A stretch of DNA of 64,000 bases from the human T2T-CHM13v2.0 reference genome, Homo sapiens. Positions 1 to 13,338 of the stretch are shown here, in pieces. Both the position numbers and the translations under genes were made by a program. Numbering within the stretch: position 1 is the stretch's first letter; each line of letters begins with the position of its first letter. The stretch lies in NCBI RefSeq assembly GCF_009914755.1, contig NC_060944.1; one strand, 5' to 3'. Below the pieces are notes generated by a model. It was not told where the DNA came from. It saw only the letters and a list, made by a program, of their open reading frames with translations, and searched no databases.

Positions 1-3000
1 GACTTACAAATCAGGCACAGTAGGCAGCTACAAAGCAAGGAGTTAATCGTGCTCCATTTTCAGGATAATCAGACAGGGTTAGCAGAAATAATGCTTCCTG
101 CCTGCCTGGGACCTGTGCTCCCTCCTCGTGTCCCCAAACCCATTTTCAGGTCTTCTTGGTGATTTGCCATTTGAGGCTTTTAAGTCAAGAAAGATCTGTT
201 GTTAGGTATTGTTTTCTAAAGTCTTTATTTCAAGACCCTAGGATGTGGTTGGCTTGTGGTCTTGTTCTGCACCAGCCTCAACCAAATGCCACTCCGCTGG
301 ACGTAGGAGAAGAGTTCACAGGACCTGCTCAACACTGGAGAGGAACCAGATCTTCTCCTGAAATGATTTTCTATTCCAAATTGCTATAATTGGCAACACT
401 TAGCCCAAATTCAGTCTCTTGTGGACCTTAGCACTTTCATGTGCCTGCACCCAGCAGAAGGAATTATTTCTTGACTCCTTCCAGGAGAGAAACTGGGTTT
501 GAGGTAATAAGCAACTGCTTTGTGGAGTGAGGTGGGGATTGTGGGTTATGGAAAGGGGATAGGGTTATCATGAGGGAAGATTATGGTGGGCAGGTTCCTG
601 GGGCCGTCGCATCAATTTCAATACCCTTTCTTCTACACACAGAGCACCTATTTCATTCATCACTGAGTTCGGATGGGAAATGAGGAAAGAGGAAAAATCC
701 ATGCTCCTGCCAAGAGTGTGTGCCAAGGAGTTGGGGAAGTCGCTGGGCCCTCCTATGCTCAGTTTCAATCTCCTAAACTGGGAATAGTAAGTCTTTTTGT
801 GCAGTGTTTTAGTGACGATTAAAGAGGTAATGAGCATATCATGCCTGAAACCCAGTAGGTCATTATTGATACTCACGGTGCCAGGTGAAGTGCGGGAACT
901 CAAATGTTGCTTTTGAATGGATCCCTCCTGCATGCTGAGTTGCCCACCAGTGGCTTTCTCCCAGCAACCCAGGCCTCCTGAGACCCAGCTTATATAGTGT
1001 ATTTGGACTCTCGCTGCCACCCTGAAATCAGTTTCTCCCTCTGGATTCTCTAAATCCCGCTCCTTGTTCAACCATAGATTAATTCCTCCTCTTACAATTT
1101 CCAGCTGTGTGATTTTCAAAAAGACACTACTTCTCTGAGCCTTGGTTTGATTGTATGTAAATAAATGTTAGAATATGCACCTTGTAGAGCTATGGTAGGA
1201 ATAATATAAGCCATACTGAATGCTTGACTCATAATTAATTATAAGCAAAAAAACATGGCTATAATTATTTTCTGTGTACAGGAAGAGTCCACTGGTTCTC
1301 TGCCACCGTTGTGCCTTAGAAAAGCCACCTTGTTAAAAGAAATGATTTCTCTTCCAGCATCTATGACTAAGAAAGACCTGTCCAGAATCCTTCATCTCAC
1401 ATGTGGGTTTTAGGTTCTTAATCTGTCATGAATAATTGTCAAATCAAATTGTAAATGTTATCATGTTTTAATTGAAAGTCCTGTTTTAATGTGGCAGATG
1501 TACACAGGGTGAAATCTTCCCCTCCTTCTCCACACCCACAGTAGTGAAAACACAAAATGAAAAGAATATATGAATCAATGTCTAATTACACTTGAATACA
1601 AGCAATTGGCTTCTATATGACATGAAGGAATTATAACAGCTATCATTTATTGAGAGTTTCCTGTGCTCCAGATATGGTGCCAAGCATTTTTCTATTGGTA
1701 ATGTCATTAAATCATTGCTCTGACCCCATGAGGTAAGCTCAACCATTAACCTCCTTTCACAGGTGAGAAAACCCGAGGCACATGGAGAGTAATGAATTTG
1801 CTCAAGATCACCCGGCTTTTAGAACTGGAACATAGGCTGCCACACTCCACAGCCTTCACTTTTAATGGTTGTACTATGATACCTCTTGCAGGAAGGGAGA
1901 GACATCCCTCAGGAAGAAAGCAGAGAAGAAGCTATAGCCTCAATTAGGAGCAGCCCTCATAGTGAGGCTGGGGCAGGTGCCATGCTCCACGAGGCCCTGA
2001 CAACCCATGATCACATGGGGAATTATTCCTGGGAAGACGGAAGTGCAAGCAAGAATCACCAAAGATTTGAGGAACAGCACTGCAGCTAACAAATTCAAGA
2101 AAAACAATAACTCAAAAACAAATAGCAATCAAAAGAACTTCACACCTGAGCAAATATGAAAAAACAAAATGTGTAAAGTTCTTTAAAGTTAGTATACTTA
2201 ATGATCTTATAAGGAAAACAAAAGAGAAGTAAATTCATAAACCAACATCAGGCATGTAATAATATGAAACAGAAATAGGCGGGCATGAGGTAACAACAAC
2301 CATCTTGAAAAAATACCAAAACACAGACTTTGGAAATGAAAACATAATCAGTGCTGAAATTTTTTAAAAAAACTTAATAGGTTGACTAGCTGACTATACA
2401 TAAATAAGTATAATAGTAAGTTAGTAAGCTGGGTGATTATGTAGGGGAAATTTCCTGTGGTACAGCACAGAGACACACCCAAACAAAGTAATGTGGATAG
2501 GTAAAAATATACCACAATATTGTGGTATATCTTTTCCTATTGCTCTATTTTTACCTATCCACATTACTACATTACTTTGAGAGGTGTGAGTCATAAAGTA
2601 TTATGTCTCCAAAAATAAGAATTGGGCGTATATGACTCAAAAATGCATAGTATAGTGTCAGGAAGATGGCAGAATCTGTGCTTAGAGCAGCAAGTGCCTT
2701 CCTGTGAACTTCAATCCTTCAGTAAAGATCAACTAAGTACACAGATGCTTACAATTTTTGTGGAAATCACGTGGAGAATTGAAATTTAAATTTAGGTGAC
2801 TTGGGGAAGCATAGATAAAATCTGAATGTTTGAGAGGACCAGGAACCTGGGAGTCCATGAGCCAAAATTCTCCTTTATCTGCCATATTTCACCCTGACTC
2901 ATCACAGCAGGTGCAGATAACCAGGGACGACTTTGGGACACATGAGAAACTGGGAGCCAGTGGATGCTCCAGAAGACTAAAGATGTAAGACTGTGGGCTT

Positions 3001-3560
3001 AAGAATCAAAACTTCCTGGTCTGAAATCCAGCTCTAATGGGTCCCAGCTGTGTGATCCTGGGGTCACTATTAACTTCCCTGTTTCCTGAGTTTCCCCAAG
3101 TGTACAACGGAGAGAATAATCATACCATCTTCATAAGTTTGTGATGAGAATTAAATGAACTAATATATGCAAATTACTTAATACTATCTGACCATGTCCT
3201 CCAAAAGTTATATATTCAGTATTACCATTATCATTATAGATAGTAGTTAGATATTATCGTTATTAGGTAGTGTTTTGGTAATAGCAACAATTTTAAAAAA
3301 CAGATCCTCTGCCCTCAAGAATTTATGATGCTGTGTGACAACCTTGGCCAGTGGCTGGTGGAGGTGGAGTACGACGATGATGAGCTGAGGTCATGTGCCC
3401 AGCCCTAGAATCATGGAGTCATTACCAGCACCAGGGGCATGCTATAGGCATGACGTCTGGGGGAATCAATATGACCCCAGTAAGGGTCTACTCAAATGCT
3501 CATGGAAAAGCTGTTCCAAATCTTGTCTCATGCTGGGATGGGAGAGAAGAAAATGCTCCC
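1..3560 (-). promoter_or_regulatory. 5' flank/promoter-homologous region of a SIRP gene whose leader exon lies just left of the window (probably SIRPG)
   Basis: Colinear with 28677-32680 and 50471-53397, each starting 130-150 bp upstream of a SIRP leader exon (e.g. 'gacttacaaatcaggcacagtaggcagctacaaagc' vs 50471 'gacatagaaaccaggcacagcacgcagctacaaagt'). The gene identity is inferred from known cluster order. Confidence 0.8.
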
Positions 3561-3655
3561 AAATGTAAATCAATAGGAGCAGGTAACATGGGCTGAGAGG
3601 GTGAGGAGACACCATGTAGAAATACACTCATGTAGAGCAGGCTGCACTCACTCAC

Positions 3656-3723
3656 CTGTGAGTCCTGGTAGCAGAGGAAGTGGCAGGGGCTGTCCAGATG
3701 GGCTGGGAGACAGGGATGGACAT
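3656..3723 (-). pseudogene. Orphan degenerate SIRP signal-peptide exon
   Basis: Minus strand ATG TCC ATC CCT GTC TCC CAG CCC (MSIPVSQP) ... CTG CCA CTT CCT CTG CTA CCA GGA CTC ACA G|GTGAGT (LPLPLLPGLTG). Shares 'ctcacctgtgagtcct' with the leader at 50249. It is 68 nt versus 73 nt, so frameshifted. Confidence 0.7.
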
Positions 3724-3869
3724 TGCCTGCCCTGTCAGACTGTCTCATGGAGAGAATCCAGACTCTACTCTGCAGGAAAGGAGGGCATCTGCTTATCTGC
3801 TATGTTGTCTGAGGAGTGAGGTAGCTGTAGGGAGAAAGGGCCATGAGACTGGGACAATCCTCCATTGTG

Positions 3870-3881
3870 AAAGAGGAAGTG
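3870..3881 (+). promoter_or_regulatory. PU.1/ETS consensus site AAAGAGGAAGTG upstream of the orphan leader exon
   Basis: Exact PU.1-type motif about 150 bp upstream of the ATG at 3723. Motif match only. Confidence 0.45.
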
Positions 3882-5168
3882 GACACAGTTGCCATCTCTG
3901 GGAAGTTGTGGATGTCTGTGCTTGGGGTTCCCAGGCCTGGGTAGATTTAGCCAGTACTGGAGAGAGGTCCACTGCCCCAGAACCTGCTCTCTGTTTCAGA
4001 GGCACTCATCTCATGCCAGGGGTCCCATGACCCTTCCTCATTGACAGCCCAGACCAAGAGGGCTCTGTAGCTAAGGACTGAGCTTGCAATTTCAGAGACC
4101 ATAATTCCAGATGTGGCACATTTGAGGGCTTGTGGCTGTAGCAGCTTTCTGGGATGAAACCCAGTCCCCTGCACAACCCCTGCAAAAAGTCCCTTAAGTC
4201 AACACCAAGGAACCAGCTGAGCAAATCAAAAGTGACATTTCTTCTTAGATCTGTCAGAAAAACGAGGTCACAGGGCAAACCACTGTCCCCAGAATTGAGG
4301 AGTTGGGCAGGGTAATATAGAGAATCACAACTTCCTGAAGCCAAAACCTCTGTGGGAACCAGTGCCGGGGAAGGAAAGCCTGCACTGTAATTGAAGAATT
4401 TCTTGAGGCTCAGTGTGGGCCAGTCTTAGACACAAACTCGAGGAGGACCCAATAACGGAGGTCTCCCACACTTTTGTGAGTTTTATCTCTGGGAGCTTGG
4501 TTAGCTCGTCAGAGTGAATATAGGAGAAATATTCACTTGTGCTCCCAGGACACGGAAAGGAAAAGCAATCACTTAAAAATATACCAGAGTGTCCTATTGT
4601 TCTTTCGCTTGTTCCATATAGTAAATATGCAAGACAAAGGCAAGCACTGTTCCAACTACTGTTGATACATTTTTAGAAAGAAATAAAACAATTTAACTCT
4701 CAATGTTTCTAATGCTTTGAATTACAGTATACTAAATATTTGAACTTCCTGCTACATTTCTAACTGACAATATGACAGTTTCTAATACTTTGACAACAAT
4801 TATGAGGATCACAGAACAACCATTATTTTTCCCATTGAATGTAGAGTTGTTTACCAGGGCTTCATGGTTTCCAGTTATTTTTACAATCCTGCACTGCCAT
4901 GCAAAGTGAGGACATGCAAAATAAGTACACGTGGTAATATAATACAGTGCTGAGGAGAAAAACTGATCAGGATAAGAGGAATTGAAATTCTAGGGTAGGA
5001 GAGGAAAATGACTATTTTTCCTCACCATGGTTTACAAAATGTGTCTTTAATAAAGTGAAATTTCAGCAGAAACTTACTTGAAGGAAAGAAGAGAGTGAGC
5101 CATGCAGCTGTTTTGGGGAAGACTCAGAGGAATGACAGGATTTGACTTTTCAAAAAAAAAAAAATCAT

Positions 5169-5472
<304 letters not shown>

Positions 5473-6006
5473 TCATCGTGACTGAAAACTGCAATCCAGT
5501 AGAGACAATAGCAACAGTTTGGAAGAGATGATACTGATTGGGACCAGGAAGGAGCGATGGAGGTGAGAAGCACGCAGGTTATAAATATAACTCAGTGGTG
5601 TACTGGAGCAGGCTTGGGCTGGTTCAAGACAGCCAACTGTCAAACTTTAAGGAATTTTGCAATCTGGTTGTTAAACTGTTGGAAGCTTGAAACTGGCTAC
5701 ATTGGGAGTATTTACACTATCAAAATTGACAAGCGCTATAAATCGGCCTTCTTTTTCCTTTTGAAGAGTCAACTGTTATACGTTTATCATCTCACCAGTG
5801 GACATAAGCACTTTGAAGGCATAATTGAATGTTGCGTGTAAATGAAAAAGAAATCAAAGAGGACTCCAAAGCTTTTGAACTGTCGCGGCATTCCTGCCAT
5901 GAGCAACAGGGTTAGGAAAGTTGCAGATTGTCAGAAACAACTAGTGTTTCCATCCCAGAGAGAGGAGGGAGAACTGCTTTCTTTTTAGGTGTGAGGAGTA
6001 GGACAC

Positions 6007-6420
6007 TGTCTTAGTCCACGTGTGTTGCTATAAAGAAATACCTGAGGCTGGGTAATTTATAAATAAGAGGTTTATTTGGCTTGTGGTTCTGCAGACTGTA
6101 CAAGAGCATGGTGTCAGCATCTGCTTCTGATGAGGCCCTCGGACTGCTTCTACTCATGGTGAGAGACAAAGAGGAGCTGGCATCACATGGTGAGAGAGGA
6201 AGGAAGAGAGAGAGAGAAGAGGGAGGTGCTAGGCTCTTTGTAACAATCAAACCTTGTGAATACTAATTGAGCAAGAACTCAGTTATTACTGCAGACGGCA
6301 CCAAGTCATTCATGATGTATCTGCCCCCATGACTCAAACACCTCCCATCAGGCCCTACCTCTAACATAGGGGATCAAATTTCAACATGGGATTTAGAGAG
6401 AACAAATATTCAAACTATCT
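6007..6420 (-). mobile_element. MaLR solo LTR (MSTB-like)
   Basis: 'tgtcttagtccacgtgtgttgctataaagaaatacctgaggctggg...aacaaatattcaaactat'; absent at the paralogous site near 36185. Confidence 0.85.
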
Positions 6421-6449
6421 TGGATGCTTAAACAAAGAGGAAAGAGAAC

Positions 6450-6795
6450 TGTTTTTTTCCCTTAAAACTGGGATGGGGGTTCATTTGTATTCAAGAGGCA
6501 ATAGAGAACCTCAACAAGGCTGGGGAGATGGAGTAGGCGGGAATCCAGAAGACAGAATAAGTACGGAAAAGCTGGAGAGAGTCTGTGGTTTATGGCCTGT
6601 CTCAAAGTGATGGATGCAAGGAATCCTAGTGTATTCAGATTTGATGTGTTTCTCACATTCTAGGGGGATGCTGTGAGTCAGTGCCCAGAGCCCCATTCCT
6701 TGGCCCCTGCTCAGGACCATGTGTGAAGACTCCACTCTGGGGCATCAAGGTGGCAGAGACTGAGGGTTCCACATGGCAGGGGAGGAAGGAAGGAG
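6450..6795 (-). pseudogene. Unit A terminal (3'UTR) exon
   Basis: Acceptor ttttcccacag|ctcc at 6795. Homologous to 36200-36682 with a ~135-bp deletion near 6750. Lower boundary approximate. Confidence 0.7.
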
Positions 6796-7417
6796 CTGTG
6801 GGAAAACACGTCCAGGTTTAATCATCTGCTCATCCTTCAGGAAATGTTTCCGGAGAGCCTGTTATGTTCCCGGTGCTGATCTCCTCCTGAGATGTCTGTG
6901 GTGGTTGGACAGGCAGCTCTGAGATAGGACTGTGCCAGCTCAGCCCTCCTCCTGAGTCCTGGCGCCCTTTCCCGCATCCCTTCCACGCAGGCACTCAGAG
7001 GATCAGAGTGGGAACAGCTTTCAGAGTTGCCTATCTGGGGCTTCTCAGCATTACTCTACAGTGGGATTCCTTAGAATGGAGTCCAGCATCAAATAATCTA
7101 GAGGTGGCCTGTGAGGGACCACCTACAGAGTTGCCCCTCACTTAGCACCCTCTTCTCACCTCCCCAGCAGGCCCCTAAGGCACCGTGGACACCTTTGAAC
7201 AGCCTTGCTGTAACCCACTTCCTGCAGCACCCACACACTTCCTGGGGCTGGGAGCCTCTTAGAGGGTTTCCTGAGACTCCCAAGGGTGCAGAGGGAGCTC
7301 GGTTACCTTCTCTAAACTCCACTGAGCCTGATGTTGCATGGCGTGTGAGCTGGGCCCTCCGGCTGGCCTTGCCCTTCTGCGGCAACCCTTGGCCAGCCCT
7401 TCTATCCCCACACTTAC

Positions 7418-7531
7418 AGTCAGGCCTCTGCTTCAGTGGATGTTAGATGGCAGAGACATCAACCCCCAGCAGGGCCCTGGGGCCCAGGAGGAGAGCTACA
7501 AGGAGTGGGGCAGTAGGAGCTGGCATGAGCC
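7418..7531 (-). pseudogene. Unit A transmembrane exon
   Basis: tttctag| then LMPAPTAPLLVALLLGPRALLGVDVSAI* (SIRPB1-like 'APTAPLLVALLLGPK'). Premature TAA at 7445-7443, TM Lys replaced by Arg, donor CT|GTAAG at 7418. Confidence 0.92.
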
Positions 7532-8495
7532 CTAGAAATCATGAGACTCCAGGAGGAGCCATGAGAGGGGCCACCTGGGATGGGCCTCCGCTTACCCCAT
7601 CCAAAGCTACCTGGGCCCAACAAGGCTCCAAAACTTTTGAATCTGAGTCCTTCCCTGGATGCCCTGGATCCAACCCAAGGCAGAAACCAGGGAAAGAGGC
7701 TCCTTCTTTCCAGTCACCCCATCTCCCGGTGCCAGGCTCTCCTACTGGAAGGAGGGGGTTGAGAGAGCTTGTACTCAGGTATTCATACATTGCAAGGAAG
7801 CCATGGACTTGTTTCTGAAAGGAGTGACGCCTCCTCAAGAAGAGCCTCACAACTTAGTCTAATTTTCCATTTCCCTTATTGAAGGTTAGGTTATGTATAT
7901 TTTCACAAGTTTAAAAGCCCTTTGTTTTTCTTTTTATGTGTACTATTTATGTCATTTTGCCCATTTATAGTTGGGCTGCTGGGTCTTGTTGATTTTTAGG
8001 AACGTTTAAATATAAATTAAAATCTGGTCTTTTTTGGATATATATAAAAAAAAGAGCCTCAGGCACGTCCTTCAGGAGGGATTCCAGAAGAAGGCATTGT
8101 TCTCCTAGGAGATGACAGCTCTAGGCGGGTTATGGCCCCTGAAGGCCTTCCAGTGGGACAAGATGCGAAGGTGGAAGACAGCACTATTGCTGATCCTGAC
8201 CCTGTAGGCCCAGGCTAATGTGCGTGGGAGGTCTTAGTTTTTAACAAAGACAGTTTAAAAAAGAAAAAAAAAAAAGACAAAGTTCTAAACTAGCAAAAAC
8301 CTCATAGAATAAGGATGTAAAGAGAAAAAAATTTTTGTACAGCTATAAAATGTGTTTGTTTCAAGCTGAGTGTTGTTACTAATAAGTAAAGTTAAAAAAT
8401 TAAAAACCTCATAACATGAAAATGTTACAGCAAGCTAAGGTTAATATATTATTGAACAAGGCAAAATATTTTAAAAATCAATTTAGCATAGCCTA

Positions 8496-8779
8496 GACCA
8501 GGCATTGTGTCATGTGTATGTAGTCCCAGCTACTCAGGAGGCTGAGGCAGGAGGATTGCTTGAGCCCAGAAGTTCTGGATTGAGTGTGTGCACTAAGTTC
8601 AGAATCAATGGGCTAACCTCCTGCAAGAGGAGGGACCACCAGGTTGCCTAAGGTAGAGTGAACCAGCCCAGGTCAAAAACGGAGCAGGTGAAAACTGTCA
8701 TACTGATCAGCAGTAGGATCATACCTGTGAGTAGTCACTGCACTCCAGCCTGGGCAACACAGTGAGACCCCAGCTCTTT
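8496..8779 (+). pseudogene. 7SL (SRP RNA) processed pseudogene
   Basis: Has the Alu domain plus the S domain ('cactaagttcagaatcaat...gggaccaccaggttgcctaagg...gtgaaccagcccaggtcaaaaacggagcagg'), an A-rich tail and a TSD atttagcat(a/g)gcc at 8481 and 8810. Confidence 0.92.
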
Positions 8780-9045
8780 AAGAAAGTTAAAAATAAAAAA
8801 TGTATATACATTTAGCATGGCCAAGGTGTATGGTGTTTATAAAGTCTACATAGGGTAGTTTCCTAGGACTTCACGTGCATGCATCACTAACTCACTGACT
8901 TACCCAGAGCAAACAGTTCTGCTAGCTCCATTCATGAGAAGTGCCCAATACATGTGTACCATTTTAAAAAATATTTTTAAAAAAATTATTAAAAAATATT
9001 TTATATCATACATTTACTGCACCTTTTAATGTTTAGAAATGTTTA

Positions 9046-9367
<322 letters not shown>

Positions 9368-9528
9368 TAATTGCCTACGGTATTCAGTACAGTAAAATGC
9401 TGTACCGGTTTGTGGCCTAGGAGCAAGAGGCCATACCATATGGCCTAGGTGTGTAGTATGTAGTAGGCTATCCCTTCTAGGTTTATGTAAGTACACTTTG
9501 TGATGGTCATGCCAAAACCAAATTAGCT

Positions 9529-10124
9529 TGTTGATAGCTGTTGTGAGACCTTGGTTCTTGTCTTCTTAGTTTAAAAGAATTTAAACAAGAGACACACAGC
9601 AAAGGAAATGCAGCATAGAGTAATTTATTGCAAAAGGAAAAGAATATTTTGAAAGTTATGTGCAGAATAGATGGTACCTCCTGAGAGAGAGAGAGAGGAT
9701 TCAAAACGGGTTGTTCATAAGGATAAGACAGCAAAGACTGGCACTAGGGAGGCTCCCTTTAAGGGAGTCTTCAATGATTATTCATAAGGAGGTGGAAAGA
9801 GGTGTTGCAAATAAGCATGTTCTGGGCAGTCCTCTGGGTGCACCTGAGCAGTGGCTGTATATGCTTGTTCATACATTGCATAGCTCATTAGCATCTTAAA
9901 TCTCCACCCAGGGATGTGTTTTTTACTATTATAATGAGCAAAGGGTCAGTTTGAGGACAGGTAAAGTCAAAATGCACAGAGGGGAAGTCCCTACTATAGA
10001 TAGCTTTGCTTTAATCAGCTCAATTAGAATGCCAATGCTGAGTCTTATTGTATTGACTGTTCTGCCATCACTCTTGCTGCATCCTGAGAACAGGGTTACT
10101 TCTTTGACTACCTATCCTCCCTCA
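9529..10124 (-). mobile_element. ERV1-class solo LTR (subfamily not assigned)
   Basis: TG...CA termini, 4-bp TSD agct (9525-9528, 10125-10128), minus-strand AATAAA near 9625; splits the Tigger3 end. Confidence 0.8.
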
Positions 10125-10250
10125 AGCTAATGACACATTACTCAGGATGTATCCCCTTCATTATGAAATATATGAACATGTTAAGGAAATTGAATTGATA
10201 ATTTTAATACTTCTGAAAATATATCTTGAAGACCAGATATTTTCACAGGA

Positions 10251-10338
10251 GCCCTTTCTTTCTTTTTCTTTCTCTTTTCTTTTCTTTTTTTCTTTTCTTT
10301 TCTTTTCTTTTCTTTCTTTCTTTCTTTTTCTTTTCTTT

Positions 10339-10390
<52 letters not shown>

Positions 10391-10722
10391 TTTCTTTTTC
10401 TTTTTCTTTTCTTTCTTTCTTTTCTTTCTTTCTTTCTTTTTTTGACAGAGTCTTGCTCTGTCGCCCAGGCTGGAGTGCAGTGGCATGATCTCGGCTCACT
10501 GCAACCTCTGCTTCTTGGGTTCAAGCGATTCTTCTGCTTCAGCTTCCAGCGTAGCTGAGACTACAGGCACACACCCACCATGCCCAGCTAATTTTTGTAT
10601 TTTTAGTAGAGATGGGGTTTCACCATGTTGGCCAGGCTGGTCTCAATCTCTTGACCGCATGATCCAACCACCTCGGTCTCCCAAAGTGTTGGGATTACAG
10701 GCGTGAGCCACCACACCCAGCC
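10251..10722 (-). mobile_element. AluS with expanded tail
   Basis: Alu body 10444-10722; TSD tttcacagga. Confidence 0.92.
10255..10443. repeat. (TTTC)n / T-C-rich compound microsatellite derived from the Alu tail
   Basis: About 190 bp of pure pyrimidines with a long TTTC run. Confidence 0.95.
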
Positions 10723-12055
10723 TTTCACAGGAATATTTTACCAAAAAATTAAAGAGGAATTAAAACCAATTTTAGCTCACACACACCACACAAAAAACAG
10801 CCATGAAAGAGATTTGAGAAAATTGTAAAATATACCCAATTTAGATGATATGAGGAAATTTTTGTTAATTTTATTAACTGTGATAACAATATTGATCTTG
10901 TAGAAAAACGTCCTCAATCATCAGATCACCCAGGATGGACTCCATTTGCAACTGCAGGTGCATGCATGACTGAGTGAGCAGTGGACGTGACTATGCACCT
11001 TCCATGCATCTCTGATTATAGGGGAAATTGTTTGTCCTTCACTTCCTATCTTCACTCTTCCAGCAGGCAGGGACATGGACAAATCAGTGACCCAGCACAG
11101 ACCCAGCAGATGAGGCTAATGTCTTAGGGCATGCAGGAGGAATCCAAGCCTTTGAAAAGTCTTCTGGAGCAGAGACCCCTCCTGGTATTGTATGAGAGGG
11201 AAACAGGACATATTTTGGTCAAAGAGAGGGGAATATCGGCCAACTTCAGATCCTTGGGACAATGTCTAGCAGAAGGGAATATTTCTCTAATTAGCACAAA
11301 TTTGCCGTACAGGCTGATAGTGGCCCTGTCTTCAGGGCCTCAAATTTACCTTGATTCGTTTAGACTAATCACCTTGTCTAATGACAAGACATCTTCAACA
11401 ACATCCCAACATCTCTCATTGTTCCTCAAGTTCTGAGTTTCTCTTCTGTAAAACTCCAAACTACTGGATGTTTGAAGCAGGAAGGGAGAGTATAGATGAA
11501 CGGAAATTTGCACGTAGTAAATGTGCAGAGGGATGTTGCGGTTATTATTGGTCAAATATCAGCATCAGGACACAGAAGAGGCTCATGCTGTGACCAGTCA
11601 CGGTCCCCAGGGGGCCTGGTCCAGTCTTAAATGCCTTTTCTGATTTTCCCACAGCAGATGCCAGAGTCTGCTGGGATGAGGTCGCAGATGGGATGGAAAA
11701 GTTTAGGACAGAACAAAAATGAGTCAGAGAAAGAACAGCAGGAGGGCTGATCTGACAAGGAATGGAGAACATAAGTAAACATCTGAGACAGAAGGCAAAA
11801 CACAGGACTCCATGAGCAGATGATCTCCCTGCATCTCTCTTCCTCCTTTAATATATATTTGTGTCAAAAGATCTACCAAGTTGTGCATCAAAATCTTAGT
11901 AATGGTGACTCTTGGAGTGTGGGATTTGGGGTAGACAGCTGACTTTAAAAATCTACTCTATGTTTATAGATTTCTAGGTTATTTTATAACAAGCATGACT
12001 ATTACTATTAACATTAAGGAAAGAGACAAAATTTTAAAATCGGGAGTAACCTCAC

Positions 12056-12382
12056 CAAGGGTGGCCTCTGAGCTCTGCTCCTGGTGGGCTGAGACCTCTA
12101 GGGCAAGGCTTTTGCTGACCACCAGCTGCCCATCATGCGCCATCTGGTAGGTGAGCACATCATCCCTGTGGGCAGATATGTTCACCAGGAGCCAGCTTGT
12201 CCAGTCGTAGGTGCCTTCCATGTTCTCAATGAGGATGGAGGCTGTTTCTATCTGGGACACATTTCTGTTCTCCAACCAGGTCAGCTGTAGGTTCTAGGGG
12301 TAGAAATTCTTCACCTGGCAGGTGACGTTCACCTGGTTCCCTGCCTTTATGGGCTGTTGAGTAACCTCCAAGAAGGGTGGAA
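12056..12382 (-). pseudogene. Unit A membrane-proximal IgC1 exon
   Basis: tttcag|(V)PPFLEVTQQPIKAGNQVNVTCQVKNFYP*NLQLTWLENRNVSQIETAS...SWLLVNISAHRDDVLTYQMAHDGQ...EATL G|GTGAG. TAG at 12296-12294; second Cys changed to Tyr. Confidence 0.95.
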
Positions 12383-13020
12383 CTGAAACAGCACAGGGCA
12401 GAAGCTCTGACCTTGTGGCACAGACAGATCACAGGGAGGGCTCCATAAAGTAGCTCCCACCACCACGGTGAGGGCATCACCAGGACAGAGCTAGGCATGC
12501 ATCAGGTGCTCAGACATTGAGGGTGCTCTTTGCATATGAATGAAATTACTAAGCACAACGCCCAGCACACAGTAGGTGCTCAAGGACTGGTAGCTCCTAC
12601 TAGGCTAAGAATGAGTGAAATCTGCAAGCACAACCCCTGGCATGCAGTTGAAATGTCATAACTGCAGCAAAATCAATGAAATCACCAGGCACACAGGGCC
12701 TTGGCTCATAGTAGGTGCTCATTAATCGTAGTTGCTCTTGGTGAAATAAATGAAACTATCTAGCATAGAGCTTGCTAGCTATCTAGCAAGCTAGCAAGCT
12801 ATCTATCTATCTAGCACAGATGTCTACCACCTGGTGGGTGGACATCTAGCTGCTACCATGGAAATGATAGTAAGTGACCAGTACATCTAGGTGCATGGAA
12901 GGTGGGCAGCACAGTTAGGAATTAGATTCCAGGAAATCCAAGCCCTGGAGTAAAAGCCAGAGAGGAGGAGCAGGCTTGGCAACCAGATATGGGATTGGGC
13001 TAGGAGTGAGGATTCTCTAC

Positions 13021-13338
13021 CTTGAATGGTTTCAGACAAGTTTTCAGTCCCACAAAGAGGGTCCCCCTGTAAAGTGATGTGGGCCACCTCGCAGATGACC
13101 TGAAGGCAAAGGTCTCCAGAGGCCAGCACCATCCTGGCTGTGCTGCAGGTGCTATAGGGCATACTTTCTCCTGCAGGGTCCACGTTGATCTGGAAGCCTG
13201 AGAGCTCATTCCTATTTTTGGACCATTTCAGGGTGGTGTTTCAGGGGGAGAAGCCGTGGGACTCACAGGTGAAGCTCACTGTATGCTCAGCTGTGGTCCT
13301 CACTGCAGTGCATGATACCACAGGGGCAGAGGATTTGG
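13021..13338 (-). pseudogene. Unit A first IgC1 exon
   Basis: ttttgtag|(A)KSSAPVVSCTAVRTTAEHTVSFTCESHGFSP*NTTLKWSKNRNELSGFQINVDPAGES...QVICEVAHITLQGDPLCGTENLSETIQ G|GTAG. TGA at 13243-13241. Confidence 0.95.

Noticed and set aside
568-1119. 183-aa minus-strand ORF, the longest in the track
   Set aside because: TTG start, no recognisable domain, and the paralogous copies (29303, 51082) are broken into shorter ORFs; a chance ORF in duplicated flank.
10147-10558. Lys/Glu/Arg-rich and Phe/Ser/Leu-rich ORFs
   Set aside because: Translations of the (TTTC)n tract and the Alu.
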